Below are positions 1 through 9,868 of a DNA stretch of 45,743 bases, piece by piece. Numbering within the stretch: position 1 is the stretch's first letter; each line of letters opens with the position of its first letter. The position numbers were made by a program, and so were the translations under genes. The notes beneath the pieces are model-generated. The model was not told the origin of the DNA. It saw only the letters and a list, made by a program, of their open reading frames with translations, and made no database searches. Source of the stretch: a virus (Duplodnaviria; Caudoviricetes); IMG/VR virus record IMGVR_UViG_3300022407_004562, positions 1 through 45,743 of that record, one strand, 5' to 3'.

Positions 1-2
1 AG

Positions 3-128
3 CCCTATGATCCTCAACATCCAATCGCTCCTCCCGGATTCTGGGTCCGCCAGCCTGACCAATGGGCGGGGTGTGGTTATTGACCTCCCCGGTGAGCCAG
101 ACCCGGAGCCACCCACAACCGCGCCGCC
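3..128. repeat. Terminal direct repeat, left copy (circular overlap)
   Basis: 126 bp identical to 45618-45743; base 2 (g) differs from 45617 (a). Confidence 0.95.
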
Positions 129-579
129 GTCCCTCCGCTTTCACGGGGCGAAGGAACCCACGGTGACGATTCAGAAGGAAAAAGCCATTCACCGCACGGC
201 GGCTTATATGATCGCCTCTGGGGCGAAGATTCGCGCGGTGGCTGACCACCTTGATGTCGCCGAGGCCACGGTTCGCTCTTGGACCAAGCAGCCATTTTTC
301 CAGTCCCTCGTCGCCACAATCATCCACAACGAGTTCTCCGGCGACATTACCTCCATGCTCCGCACAGCTGCGGTTGAGGCGGTGATGATCGAAACGGACC
401 TGATGCATAACTCAACTTCTGATCAAGTCCGCTTGAAGGCCGCCCAGGACTTGCTTGACCGATTCCGTGGTAAACCCACAAACTTTGTGCACCACACCAA
501 CGGTGCCCTTTCCGAAGATCCAGCTGCCGAAATCAAACGTCTTGAAGAAGACCTCAAACTAACTGAAACCAAATCCTAA
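7..579 (+). CDS. Putative terminase small subunit (HTH)
   Basis: HTH-like segment IRAVADHLDVAEATVRSWTKQPFF and helical C-terminus (VRLKAAQDLLDR) typical of TerS; upstream of TerL; ATGA overlap with the endolysin stop across the circular junction. Confidence 0.65.
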   Translation: MILNIQSLLPDSGSASLTNGRGVVIDLPGEPDPEPPTTAPPSLRFHGAKEPTVTIQKEKAIHRTAAYMIASGAKIRAVADHLDVAEATVRSWTKQPFFQSLVATIIHNEFSGDITSMLRTAAVEAVMIETDLMHNSTSDQVRLKAAQDLLDRFRGKPTNFVHHTNGALSEDPAAEIKRLEEDLKLTETKS

Positions 580-590
580 CAAACACATCT

Positions 591-1010
591 ATGGCTCTTG
601 ACTATCAACGCTCTGAACTCGTCCCTCAGCAATCCATCATCTCTGACGCGGGTAGCCGCTCCAACGTCATTGGCTACGCTTCTGGCGGTGCCTCTGTCAC
701 GCAGGAAACCAACCGCACGACGGGAGTAACCATCACAGCTCTTAGCGGTGAGATCACCACCCACACCGCCTCCCTTGCCGCCGAGGCTTCAGCTAACTTT
801 ACCGTTACTAATACCCTTGTTGAGCGCAACGATGTTGTTGACGTTTGCATACAGTCTGGCACTAATGGTGGCAACACAGCTGTCGCTGTCGTCACGGTTG
901 CTAATGGCTCTTTTGTCATCAAAGTCTCCAACAACAACGCCGCCGCTGGCACCGCCGAAACCGGCGCAATCATCATCAACTTCGCTGTCATCAAAGCCGT
1001 TAAGGCCTAA
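591..1010 (+). CDS. Putative virion structural/decoration protein
   Basis: Beta-rich, T/A/V/N/G-rich 139 aa; AC-rich leader; followed by a terminator. Confidence 0.55.
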   Translation: MALDYQRSELVPQQSIISDAGSRSNVIGYASGGASVTQETNRTTGVTITALSGEITTHTASLAAEASANFTVTNTLVERNDVVDVCIQSGTNGGNTAVAVVTVANGSFVIKVSNNNAAAGTAETGAIIINFAVIKAVKA

Positions 1011-1017
1011 CCCAAAC

Positions 1018-1060
1018 GCTCTCGGTCATTCCAGCTGACCGAGGGCAACTTTTCTTTCTT
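1018..1060 (+). terminator. Intrinsic terminator
   Basis: GCTCTCGGTCA/TGACCGAGGGC stem followed by CTTTTCTTTCTT. Confidence 0.7.
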
Positions 1061-1062
1061 GT

Positions 1063-1320
1063 ATGATTCGACAAATTCGTGACCATTCGGATAAGGGGTT
1101 TACTTTTGTGGATTCCACTCATGAGATCACAGCAGGTGAGCAGCAATATTTTGGGCTGCAGGTGTGGACTGATTTGGTGATTGCTTCGATCACTTTTTCT
1201 GATGACTACACAGGTGATCAGGATATTGTTGGCGTGACACTTCCCGCTGGGCTGTATAGGCCTATGCGATTTAAGGCTATCACAATTACTTCCGGCACTG
1301 GTGCTGCAGAAATGCTTTAA
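1063..1320 (+). CDS. Hypothetical small structural protein
   Basis: 85-aa beta-rich ORF in a tightly packed operon. Confidence 0.6.
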   Translation: MIRQIRDHSDKGFTFVDSTHEITAGEQQYFGLQVWTDLVIASITFSDDYTGDQDIVGVTLPAGLYRPMRFKAITITSGTGAAEML

Positions 1321-1325
1321 CGATT

Positions 1326-1724
1326 ATGGACCCCGCAGAATTTCTAACTAACCCTCGTTTTGAGGATATCTCTGAAGGCTCGACCACGCAGAAGCTCCGC
1401 TTGCTGGAGCCGCTGAGGGTTTACTCCCGTGTGCTTGATGATGTGGTGGAAGTTCCTGCGGGGTTCGAGTTTGAGGAGAGCATTCCAACGGTGTTGTTTT
1501 CGCTGGCTCGTCCTCGCGGGGAGAGCAAGCGGGCTGCTTGTGTGCATGATTATCTTTATAAGAACAATGGGTATTTTTCTCCGCAGAAATTCACGCCCAT
1601 CACCCGCCGACAAGCGGATGCGGTCTATCACGAGTTGCTCCGGTTGAAAAATGTGAACCCTGCTCGTGCCTGGGTGCGTTGGGCTGCTGTTAGGCTTGGA
1701 GGGGCCGGTCACTGGAAGAAATGA
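1326..1724 (+). CDS. DUF1353-family protein
   Basis: VEVPAGF...SIP...AACVHDYLY...TRRQADAVY...AVRLGG signature. Confidence 0.8.
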   Translation: MDPAEFLTNPRFEDISEGSTTQKLRLLEPLRVYSRVLDDVVEVPAGFEFEESIPTVLFSLARPRGESKRAACVHDYLYKNNGYFSPQKFTPITRRQADAVYHELLRLKNVNPARAWVRWAAVRLGGAGHWKK

Positions 1725-2548
1725 GCGCAGCAAACAGTAGGGTGCATTATGATGTGTTTCCGATTGAAGGAACGGTGAATGACCGCGGGTTGATTCTGTG
1801 GGTTAAGGATTCGTTCTTCAAAGCCTCCACTAGCCTGGTTGAGAACACCACGCTGGAGAACTTTATGTCCACCGAGGATGTGCCCAAGGGTGACGCAATC
1901 ACTAACGGCTATGGCTCTTACCTCTACCGCGAGCAGCTACCTAAAGCTGGGGACTCGATGCGGTTTTTGTTCCTCGCGCCTAAGACTGAGGACCAGCAAC
2001 TTGAGCAGGTGAAGGAACCCTCACGCGTTTGGCGGGTTGTTGATTGGCCAGATGTTTTGCTGTCACTTTACGGAGTTAAGGGTGAAGTGCTCACGAGCGA
2101 GGTGGGTTCCAACAGTGGCGGCGCGACTTCTAACACCGCAACCACAGAGCGTTATTTTGACCGCTACAAGCTCATTAAGGGCGGCAACTATAACACGGAA
2201 GTATTGGTTGAGAAGTTCTTCTCCCCCACTTACATTCCCAGCATGTATGCCACGGAGCCACGCCCGATGCCGGTTTATTATAACTTCCTTGGGATGACAC
2301 AGAGCATTCTTGCGCTTCATCCGGAAATTGAAGTGCCGGAGCTGACGGTAGAACTAGAACTCGTTCGCGGGTTTGGCACTAAGCCAATTGTCCAGAACTG
2401 GAAACTGCCCTCTGTTTTCCCCAAAACCAACATGCTGACTTGGGTGACACACCCGCGGTTTCTCGAAGTCACTGAGCGGGATGGCGGGTTCTACTACACC
2501 CGCGGAACTGTCACTCCGCCTGAAATTCCTAAAACAATCGAAATTTAA
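1721..2548 (+). CDS. Hypothetical protein (probable virion/tail component)
   Basis: 275-aa ORF with ATGA coupling inside the structural arm. Confidence 0.6.
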   Translation: MSAANSRVHYDVFPIEGTVNDRGLILWVKDSFFKASTSLVENTTLENFMSTEDVPKGDAITNGYGSYLYREQLPKAGDSMRFLFLAPKTEDQQLEQVKEPSRVWRVVDWPDVLLSLYGVKGEVLTSEVGSNSGGATSNTATTERYFDRYKLIKGGNYNTEVLVEKFFSPTYIPSMYATEPRPMPVYYNFLGMTQSILALHPEIEVPELTVELELVRGFGTKPIVQNWKLPSVFPKTNMLTWVTHPRFLEVTERDGGFYYTRGTVTPPEIPKTIEI

Positions 2549-2554
2549 ACCTTT

Positions 2555-3235
2555 ATGCCTTCTGCTACTTACAAACTTAAAGATGCCAATGGCCGCGAGT
2601 TGGCCTCGATCCCTAGCGTTCTTAGCCCGGTTGCACTTACCGCTGTTGCAACTAACAGTGCTTCTGCACAGAATCGAATTACTGTCGGCTCCACTGCAGG
2701 CGTTTATCCTGGCATGCCAGTGTTTGTCCCCAACATTCCGCTTGGATCATTTGTCTCCGGGGTGGTCAGCTCCACGGTTCTCGAACTAGCGTGCAGCGTT
2801 TTCAACCGCACAACGGGAGTCTGGTCCACCACAGGTGCAAACGCTAATGCCACAACAACCGCCACTGGTTTGTCCGGCTTTGCTTACGGGTATCACCCCG
2901 CGTGCATTATTGAACTTGCTTACGCGATGGGCATGTGGCGTAACCAGTTCTCAACCGACGAGCGGGCAATCAGCTCTGTTGCCGGCCAACCTTACCTTGT
3001 CCCCGGCTTTGGCATCGTTCCCGCCTTCACAATCACTGGCGCTGGCACTTCCTCCGCTGCCGCCTACATGCAAACCCTCTCCGTTGTCACTTCTGACGAA
3101 TTCCAAACCACCCCGCTCAAACGCCACAACGGTGAAATTTGGGGCGTCCGCCCATTCGTTCACACGAGCGGTTTCGTTTCCCACATCTCTGCCAACCCAG
3201 AACACCACGTGCATCTTTCTGCTATTGCCGAATAA
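2555..3235 (+). CDS. Hypothetical virion protein (fibre/appendage-like)
   Basis: 226 aa, Thr/Ala/Gly/Ser-rich; ITVGSTAGVYPGMPV resembles small beta domains of phage fibre proteins. Confidence 0.55.
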   Translation: MPSATYKLKDANGRELASIPSVLSPVALTAVATNSASAQNRITVGSTAGVYPGMPVFVPNIPLGSFVSGVVSSTVLELACSVFNRTTGVWSTTGANANATTTATGLSGFAYGYHPACIIELAYAMGMWRNQFSTDERAISSVAGQPYLVPGFGIVPAFTITGAGTSSAAAYMQTLSVVTSDEFQTTPLKRHNGEIWGVRPFVHTSGFVSHISANPEHHVHLSAIAE

Positions 3236-3241
3236 CCTCCC

Positions 3242-4744
3242 ATGATCGACCCTCTCGACCAAGAGCGACTAGACAAACTCCGTAGGCTCAAGCAGCTCCG
3301 CTCGACCTACGGCATTTATGCCTACCGTCCTTCAGCCAAGCAAGCCCTCTTCCATGCAGCCGCCGGTCACAAGCACCGCTACCTGCGCACTGGAAACCGC
3401 TTTGGCAAATCCACCTGTGGCTCTGCGGAGGACTGTGCCTACGCTCTCGGCGCGCGCCTTTGGCTCCCTGAAGGTGATCCTATGCGTCAGCTGGGAATAC
3501 CGAGGAGAGCGACAAAGGGTGTGATCTTGGTTGCGGATTGGGATAAGGCGCGGGAGATCTTCACGAGTCCTGAAACGGGAAAGCTGATGGCAATGTTGCC
3601 GAAGGAGCGGATTGAGGCTATTGTGAAGAACCAAGCGGGTGAGGTTAGTGTGATTAAGGTGAAGAACATTTTTGGAACGATTTCCACGATTGAGCTGGAC
3701 ACCGTTAGGTCTTACATGTCTAATCCGATGGGGCTGGAGAGTTCGCAGTGGGATTGGATTCATGTGGATGAACCGATTCCAGAAGGGATGTGGAATGCAG
3801 TTTCTCGCGGGTTGATGGACACGAAGGGTTCCTCGTGGTTTACGTGCACACCGATCGCGGAGCAGTGGATCAATGAGTTCTTTCTGCCGGTGAAGATGAT
3901 GAAGAGCCGGTTTGATGATGGGTTCTCTTGGGAGAAGAAGCCGGAGTGCTGGATTATGACGGGGACGAGTTATGACAATCCGACGCTGGATAAGGCTGAG
4001 GTGGATTTGTTCGCTAAGCAGCTGTCTGAATCCGAGCGGGCTAGTCGAATTTACGGGTTGCCGAAGAATTCCCAAGGGTTGGTTTACCCCGAGTTTGAGC
4101 AGGAGAAGCATGTGTATGTGGATCTGCCAATTGGGTGGAAGGATTTTGATGAACCGCCGGAGAATTACACTCTGCGGGTGTTTATTGACCCGCATCCTAG
4201 GACGCCACATGCGGTGCAGTTCTGGGCTACCGCGCCGACAGGGCAGAGCTTCTGTTATGCGGAGATCTTTTCTGCTTGCTACATTAAGGATTTGTGCACG
4301 ATGATGCATCGGGTGTTGAAAGGACGCACGCCTTGGCAGGTTTGCGTTGATCCGATCGCGTTTATTCCTAACCCGGTTAATGGGCGGTGCTATGCGGATG
4401 AGTTTATTGAAAACGGCTTTAACGTTCTTCCCGCGCCGAAAGAACTGTCCACTGGAATCCAAAAAGCCAAGCAGGAACTGGCTCGGAAAGAGAACGTGTA
4501 TTTTTGCTCGTCTTGCAGCGAAACGCTCCGAGAATTCTACACCTACTGTTGGGATAAGGACAAGGAAAAACCAGTTGACAAAGATGACCACATGATGGAA
4601 TGTTTCTACCGCGCGTGCGTTGTTGGCCTTGAATGGGTTGACTTCAAGCGCGAAGAACTAAAGCAAGAGGCAATGAGGTATCAAGACAACTGGCTTGACC
4701 TTAGCCCGCTTGGATCGAGTTCATTGACTAAACTTGTTGCTTAA
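3242..4744 (+). CDS. terL: Terminase large subunit
   Basis: Walker A RTGNRFGKS, Walker B WIHVDEP, motif III TCTP, nuclease motifs VFIDPH and DDHMME. Confidence 0.93.
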   Translation: MIDPLDQERLDKLRRLKQLRSTYGIYAYRPSAKQALFHAAAGHKHRYLRTGNRFGKSTCGSAEDCAYALGARLWLPEGDPMRQLGIPRRATKGVILVADWDKAREIFTSPETGKLMAMLPKERIEAIVKNQAGEVSVIKVKNIFGTISTIELDTVRSYMSNPMGLESSQWDWIHVDEPIPEGMWNAVSRGLMDTKGSSWFTCTPIAEQWINEFFLPVKMMKSRFDDGFSWEKKPECWIMTGTSYDNPTLDKAEVDLFAKQLSESERASRIYGLPKNSQGLVYPEFEQEKHVYVDLPIGWKDFDEPPENYTLRVFIDPHPRTPHAVQFWATAPTGQSFCYAEIFSACYIKDLCTMMHRVLKGRTPWQVCVDPIAFIPNPVNGRCYADEFIENGFNVLPAPKELSTGIQKAKQELARKENVYFCSSCSETLREFYTYCWDKDKEKPVDKDDHMMECFYRACVVGLEWVDFKREELKQEAMRYQDNWLDLSPLGSSSLTKLVA

Positions 4745-4749
4745 ATTTT

Positions 4750-5256
4750 ATGCCTGATACATCATTACTGGCTAAACCGCCGCCGTTTTTCCTCTATAAT
4801 GGAGGTGGAGAATTTTCTACTTTGCCCGCAACAAACCAGATGTATGCGGATAAAGGCTCGAATCAGCAACAGGCTTTGCAATCAGTGCAGGACAATTCTT
4901 ACCTCGTAGAGCGCTTAGCTAAGCTGTTCAATACAGATAATGCGCTTACCTTCATGCAAGATCCGATCATGGGTGGAGGCCATCGTAATACAGCGGTCAA
5001 CGCAGAATCGGCAGGGCAGTCTTGGTCAGGTGAATGGAACCCTTTGCTCCAGGAGCGTAATTTGCCAGAAAACACATATCTCAATTCAGCTGGCCCATCC
5101 TATGAAGTTTTAGAGCGGTTAGCCACGTTGCTCTTTCCTGAGTATGCAAAAGAAAGAGCGCGAGAGCAGTTTATGCCTCAGTATGAAGATATGCTTGACG
5201 CGGCGAATAAAAACCGCTTTCGCCCAGGATTTGATTTCTACGAACAGTTTCAATGA
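4750..5256 (+). CDS. Hypothetical protein between TerL and portal
   Basis: 168-aa ORF; stop overlaps the portal ATG. Confidence 0.6.
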   Translation: MPDTSLLAKPPPFFLYNGGGEFSTLPATNQMYADKGSNQQQALQSVQDNSYLVERLAKLFNTDNALTFMQDPIMGGGHRNTAVNAESAGQSWSGEWNPLLQERNLPENTYLNSAGPSYEVLERLATLLFPEYAKERAREQFMPQYEDMLDAANKNRFRPGFDFYEQFQ

Positions 5257-7142
5257 AACCCAAAGACCTCACATCCCGCCTAAAGGCTGAAATTCCAGAC
5301 GAAAAGCTGGATGAGCTCTGCACGTTTCTTGTGAAGAACGTGAACCGCTCCCGTGGCGTGATGGCGGAGCACTACGACTCCTGGGACAAGGCACTTGACA
5401 CTTATCGCTCCGTCCGCTCACCCGACGCCAACGACATCCGAGCTCGCAACAAGCGGGAGCCCGAAAAGATGACCGTTCCCTTGTCTTACGCCCAGGTCAA
5501 CACGCTTGTCACCTTCCTCTTCCTCGCTTACACCCAAAAGGAATCCATCTTCGAACTCATTCCCACCGGCCCGGAGGACTACGGTGAAGCCCTCACCGCT
5601 TGCCAAGCGATTATTGATCGGGAAGTGCGGAATACCAATTATCACTCAAAGTTAGTGCAGGCGCTGTTGGATATGGCGCGGTTTAATATTGGAGTGATGA
5701 AGACGTCCTGGCGGTTTGAAAGCCGGGAGGTTAAGCGGAAGGTGGAGTCGATTGAGGTGCCGTTTGATCTGATGAGCGGGATGGCGCTGCCGATGGGTGA
5801 GCCGGAGGAGACCGTTGATGAAGTCATTACGTTTGACGGGAATGAGGTGGAAGTGATTTCGCCTTATTATTTCTTTTATGACACCCGCCAGCCGTTGGCC
5901 AATTGGAAGCGCGGGCGGTTTGTCGCTGATGAGACACAGTTTCATTTCCAAGAGCTCCGCGCGATGGAGCGGAATGGGGAGGTTTTCGGCACAGAGCATA
6001 TCACTCCATTTGAGGCCAAGGCGTGGACGAGCCGCAAGGGTGGCACTCGCTTGAAGGATGTTGATCCGCAAGCGCAGCGCAAGGGTGCCCGCACGGATGA
6101 TTATATGGTTTGTATTCTTACGGTGCAGGCTAAGGTCACGCCGAAGGATTATGAGCTTTCTGAGAGCGAGGAGGAAGAAATTTGGGTCTTTGGCATTGCG
6201 AATGACCAGCGTATTGTTTCGGCAAGGCCGTTGAATGCACCTCACAACGAGTTCACTTATGACATTCTTACGATGTCACCAGACCAGCACACGGAGCTGT
6301 GTGATTCGCTCTCGATGTTGATTGATCCGCTGCAAGAGGTTGTGACGTGGTTGCTGAATGCCCGCGTGGCAGCGGTGAGGCAGAATGTTGAAGGGCGGTA
6401 TGTGGTGGACCCGTCGTTTATTGAGGTCTCGGATCTCACGGCTGGGTCAAAGTATGTTCGGTTGAAGAAAAATGCCCCTTACAACCAAGGTGTTGGTGCG
6501 TTTATCCAGCAACTAAAGACCGTCGATCCAACGGTTACACACATGCAGGATGCAGAAACGTTGATGCGGATGATGCACATTGTGTCTGGCGTCAATGAGA
6601 ACTCGATGGGCCAAGTTGCGTCTGGCCGTCGTTCTGCGACGGAAAACCGTGCAGCTAATGCTGGAGCGGCTTCAAGGATGAAGCTGATTGCTGCCACTGT
6701 GTGGGTCGACGGTCTTGCTTCTCAGGGAAGGAAGATGTTGCTTAATGCACGGCAGGATTTGATGTTCGAGACGTTTGAGAAGATCGTGGGTGAGAACGCT
6801 GAGGCTTATTGGGTTCTGTTCCACCCTGAAGATCCAACGGTCTTGATGGCAAATGAAGATTACTTCTCCTATGATGGCACACTTTCTAGCGAGAAAAACT
6901 ACATTGCACAGTCACTGCAAGAACTTGTTGGCATTTTGGCTTCAAACCCTGAAGTGCTGGCTGCAACAAACCTTGATCTTGTCGCGATGATTAAGGAAAT
7001 TCAGGCCCTTCGTGGCGTAAAGAATCTTGATCGTTTTGAATTGCCACCACAACCACCCATCCCTCCAAATGGACTCCCAGGAAACACCCCAGCTCTCCCG
7101 CCAGGAACTCAACCAGTTGCTCCTATCCCTGGAGCAGCTTAA
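5253..7142 (+). CDS. Portal protein
   Basis: 629 aa after TerL; podovirus portal-like motifs (ISPYYFFYD, SGVNENSMG...RRSATE); Pro-rich tail. Confidence 0.88.
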   Translation: MKPKDLTSRLKAEIPDEKLDELCTFLVKNVNRSRGVMAEHYDSWDKALDTYRSVRSPDANDIRARNKREPEKMTVPLSYAQVNTLVTFLFLAYTQKESIFELIPTGPEDYGEALTACQAIIDREVRNTNYHSKLVQALLDMARFNIGVMKTSWRFESREVKRKVESIEVPFDLMSGMALPMGEPEETVDEVITFDGNEVEVISPYYFFYDTRQPLANWKRGRFVADETQFHFQELRAMERNGEVFGTEHITPFEAKAWTSRKGGTRLKDVDPQAQRKGARTDDYMVCILTVQAKVTPKDYELSESEEEEIWVFGIANDQRIVSARPLNAPHNEFTYDILTMSPDQHTELCDSLSMLIDPLQEVVTWLLNARVAAVRQNVEGRYVVDPSFIEVSDLTAGSKYVRLKKNAPYNQGVGAFIQQLKTVDPTVTHMQDAETLMRMMHIVSGVNENSMGQVASGRRSATENRAANAGAASRMKLIAATVWVDGLASQGRKMLLNARQDLMFETFEKIVGENAEAYWVLFHPEDPTVLMANEDYFSYDGTLSSEKNYIAQSLQELVGILASNPEVLAATNLDLVAMIKEIQALRGVKNLDRFELPPQPPIPPNGLPGNTPALPPGTQPVAPIPGAA

Positions 7143-7365
7143 ACAAAATGAAGTATTTAACGGGTTTCTCCTCGAAGCTCAGGCACTTTATGATGCTTCG
7201 ATAACAACCATCCTTGACTCAGCTCCGCAAGACCTCGCACAGTTTGTTATCCGTGAGCGGATGATCGGCGGGGTGAAAGAGCTGAAACGAATTCTCGGTC
7301 TAGCTTCCTCAACGGAAACTGACCTCAACCAAAAACTAAACGAACACAATGCAACCGGAAAATGA
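7069..7365 (+). CDS. Small head-assembly protein between portal and scaffold
   Basis: ATG at 7069; helical 98 aa at a position conserved in podovirus head modules. Confidence 0.6.
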   Translation: MDSQETPQLSRQELNQLLLSLEQLKQNEVFNGFLLEAQALYDASITTILDSAPQDLAQFVIRERMIGGVKELKRILGLASSTETDLNQKLNEHNATGK

Positions 7366-8116
7366 ATTGGAAGACGATCTTGAAGATGAACTTCCGCTTG
7401 AAGGCGAGTCCGAAGATGGGCTCGAAAATGACGACGTGTCCCATGAGGATAACGACGATGATGATGCTGACGAGTCCACTAAAGGTGGCCTAACCCAGCA
7501 GCAGATTGTTGAACTTGCGACAAAGGCTGCTATGGCTGGAGCACCGCAACGTCAACAGCAACAACTCTCCCCTGAGGAGATTGATGCAAAGCTTAACCGC
7601 TTTAAAGTGGACAAGGAGTTTATTAAGCTCCTGCGTGACCCTGAGGCTGATCCTGACGCCCTTGTGGCTAAGTTTCAAGCTCTGGTTGACGGTGCGGCAA
7701 AATTTGCCACAACATCTTCCCAGCTCTTGTTTCAGGATGCTCTGTCTCCAATTCAACAGCAGGTTGAGGCTCAGCGAGCTTTTGTTCGTGAGCAACAGAC
7801 AAAGAACTTTGTGAAACATGTCGAAACCCGCTTTCCAGCGTTGCAGGGAAAACAACGGGTTGTTCGACAAGCCTTGGAGCAACTCTCTGCTTCTGGCTAT
7901 GTTCCACCAAATAACTCCAAAAGTGCGGCACAAAAACAGGTTGCTCTCGTTGCAGAGCAGATGATCCGCACAATTGATCCGAATTTCCGCTTGAAGTCGG
8001 CTCAAAACCAGCAACGCCAGGCGGGCAGTTTTGGTATGCGGCGCTCAGGTTCAGGAGGTGGCGGGGCAACGCAGGGCAAGACTGGTGCAGCTTCATTCCT
8101 CGATCACCTCGGTTAA
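7349..8116 (+). CDS. Capsid scaffolding protein
   Basis: Very acidic N-terminus, coiled-coil middle and Gly-rich C-terminus; directly before the capsid gene. Confidence 0.75.
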   Translation: MQPENELEDDLEDELPLEGESEDGLENDDVSHEDNDDDDADESTKGGLTQQQIVELATKAAMAGAPQRQQQQLSPEEIDAKLNRFKVDKEFIKLLRDPEADPDALVAKFQALVDGAAKFATTSSQLLFQDALSPIQQQVEAQRAFVREQQTKNFVKHVETRFPALQGKQRVVRQALEQLSASGYVPPNNSKSAAQKQVALVAEQMIRTIDPNFRLKSAQNQQRQAGSFGMRRSGSGGGGATQGKTGAASFLDHLG

Positions 8117-8137
8117 CAACAAACACAACACAACAAA

Positions 8138-9520
8138 ATGCTTGGACTAATGTCTTCGGCTGACTTGGAGTCTCGTTACTCTGAAAAGGCCATTCGCTCG
8201 ATCTTCTGGAAGTATCCACAAGGCAAAGCGATTCTTACTTATCTTCTGTCTCTGATGGACAGCGAAGAAACTGACAAACCTAAATTCTCTTGGTTTGAAC
8301 AGCGACACGCTCACGCAGAGTCTACAACTGCAACCGCTGGCACCCTTGGTGGTGGTGGGGCAGGACCGTTTACCAATAGCGCGATGACCGTCTCGGAAGC
8401 TGCTGCTGGCTTTAGCTTTACCGCTGGCACCACTTATGGTGTTAAGGTGGCTGATGCGAGCAAGTTCCGCGTGGATGACGTGGTTTGGATTAAGCGTGTG
8501 CCTAACGCGGCTGCGAGTGCTTATTTGGACCTTAAGGGTTCTGTTACGGCTCTTGACGCAACCACGAACTTCATCCTCGTCACCTCCAACGAGACTGTTG
8601 CTTCTGTCTCCAATGACACGGATGCTAACTCGATTGCCATTATGGTGATTGGCAAAGCAGCCGCTGAAGGTGATCGTTCCCGTGAGGGTGGCTATGAGTT
8701 CCCGATTGAAGTCGAGAACTACACGCAGATCTACCGCGAAACGGTTGGTCCGTTCTCCCGCAATGCTCTCAAAGCTGGCGTTCGTTTTGACAAAACTGGC
8801 ACCTACGCCAGTGCGGTTAAGCAGGCTTCGCTCCGCCTCACGGAAGCCATTGAAATGTCCACGTTCTTCGGTGAGAAAGCCGTCCGCAACGTGGTCAACC
8901 AAAATGGCAAGACTGTTCCGCAGCGCTTTATGGGTGGCGTTCTCTGGTTCCTCAAAGAATATGAGAAATCCGGCGGCGGTTCCACTGGCTATCGTCCAGG
9001 CGGTTCTGCGATTACTTCGTCATCCTGGGCTACCGAGGAAGCTAAGCGAGTGATCGCGGTGAATGGAACGGTGACGATGGCTCAGCTTGAAGGGCTGGTG
9101 CGCCGTTGCTTTGAAGACACTTCGGACTCGAGCTTTGAGAAGCTTCTGGTTTGCGGTTCTACGCTTTACAGCGTGTTCCAGAGCTATTTTGAGATGAAGT
9201 CGATTAAGACGACTACGCTCAAGACGAAGGAAGAGTCGTATGGTATGACGATCAACATGTGGGAAAGCCCATGGGGAACGTTGTATTTGAAATCTCATCC
9301 GTTGTTCCAGCGTTCTTCGCTGCGCACGAGTGGGTTTATTCTGGATGTGGGCTGCCTTGGTTGGCAGGACCTGCAAGACTCGGAAATTACGCTGTTGAAG
9401 AATCGTCAGAATAACGATGAAGATGGCCGTAAGGATGAGTTCCTTGGTGAAGGTGGTCTGGTGCTTAAGGCGCCGGAAAATCACATGTATCTGGAAGGCA
9501 TCACTGGCGTAACCGCATAA
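8138..9520 (+). CDS. Major capsid protein (SU10/DUF5309-like)
   Basis: KFSWFEQ, ENYTQIYRE, RFMGG, WESPWGTL, EFLGEGGL motifs; long AC-rich leader. Confidence 0.88.
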   Translation: MLGLMSSADLESRYSEKAIRSIFWKYPQGKAILTYLLSLMDSEETDKPKFSWFEQRHAHAESTTATAGTLGGGGAGPFTNSAMTVSEAAAGFSFTAGTTYGVKVADASKFRVDDVVWIKRVPNAAASAYLDLKGSVTALDATTNFILVTSNETVASVSNDTDANSIAIMVIGKAAAEGDRSREGGYEFPIEVENYTQIYRETVGPFSRNALKAGVRFDKTGTYASAVKQASLRLTEAIEMSTFFGEKAVRNVVNQNGKTVPQRFMGGVLWFLKEYEKSGGGSTGYRPGGSAITSSSWATEEAKRVIAVNGTVTMAQLEGLVRRCFEDTSDSSFEKLLVCGSTLYSVFQSYFEMKSIKTTTLKTKEESYGMTINMWESPWGTLYLKSHPLFQRSSLRTSGFILDVGCLGWQDLQDSEITLLKNRQNNDEDGRKDEFLGEGGLVLKAPENHMYLEGITGVTA

Positions 9521-9524
9521 TCAT

Positions 9525-9854
9525 ATGGCTGCTCTTACTGCTGACAATGTGACGGTTAATCGTGGTTGGGTGGCAGTTGCTACTCCGATGAATGTTAAGT
9601 ATAAGCAACTTGCACTTGTGCTGAGTTCTCAGGGTGGTGCCACTAACACGGTTGATGCGTCAACACTGGGCTTTGGAGTGATCCTCGGTTCTGGTATGGC
9701 TCAGAAGTCTGATGATGCTTTGGCGCTGCCGACGTGCCCTAGCTATGATGGTTCTAAGCTGTTTTTCTATAATCCCGCGCAGGCAACTGATGCGAACCGT
9801 GACGATCCTGCGGACGTTACTGGAACGTTTGAAGTGCTGGTTTGGGGTTATTAA
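9525..9854 (+). CDS. Putative capsid decoration protein
   Basis: 109-aa beta-rich ORF between the capsid gene and a terminator. Confidence 0.55.
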   Translation: MAALTADNVTVNRGWVAVATPMNVKYKQLALVLSSQGGATNTVDASTLGFGVILGSGMAQKSDDALALPTCPSYDGSKLFFYNPAQATDANRDDPADVTGTFEVLVWGY

Positions 9855-9868
9855 TTCTTAAGGCTTCG

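Noticed and set aside
1-128. Terminal repeat as a biological DTR
   Set aside because: Its length is close to a common assembler k-mer overlap and it runs through the endolysin/terS junction into coding sequence; best read as a circular-assembly overlap. The base-2 mismatch may be a strain variant or an end error.
3332-4591. 419-aa antisense ORF over terL, and other long antisense ORFs (8147-8902, 19673-20380, 24994-25638)
   Set aside because: Shadow frames of well-supported genes with biased codon usage; no protein motifs.
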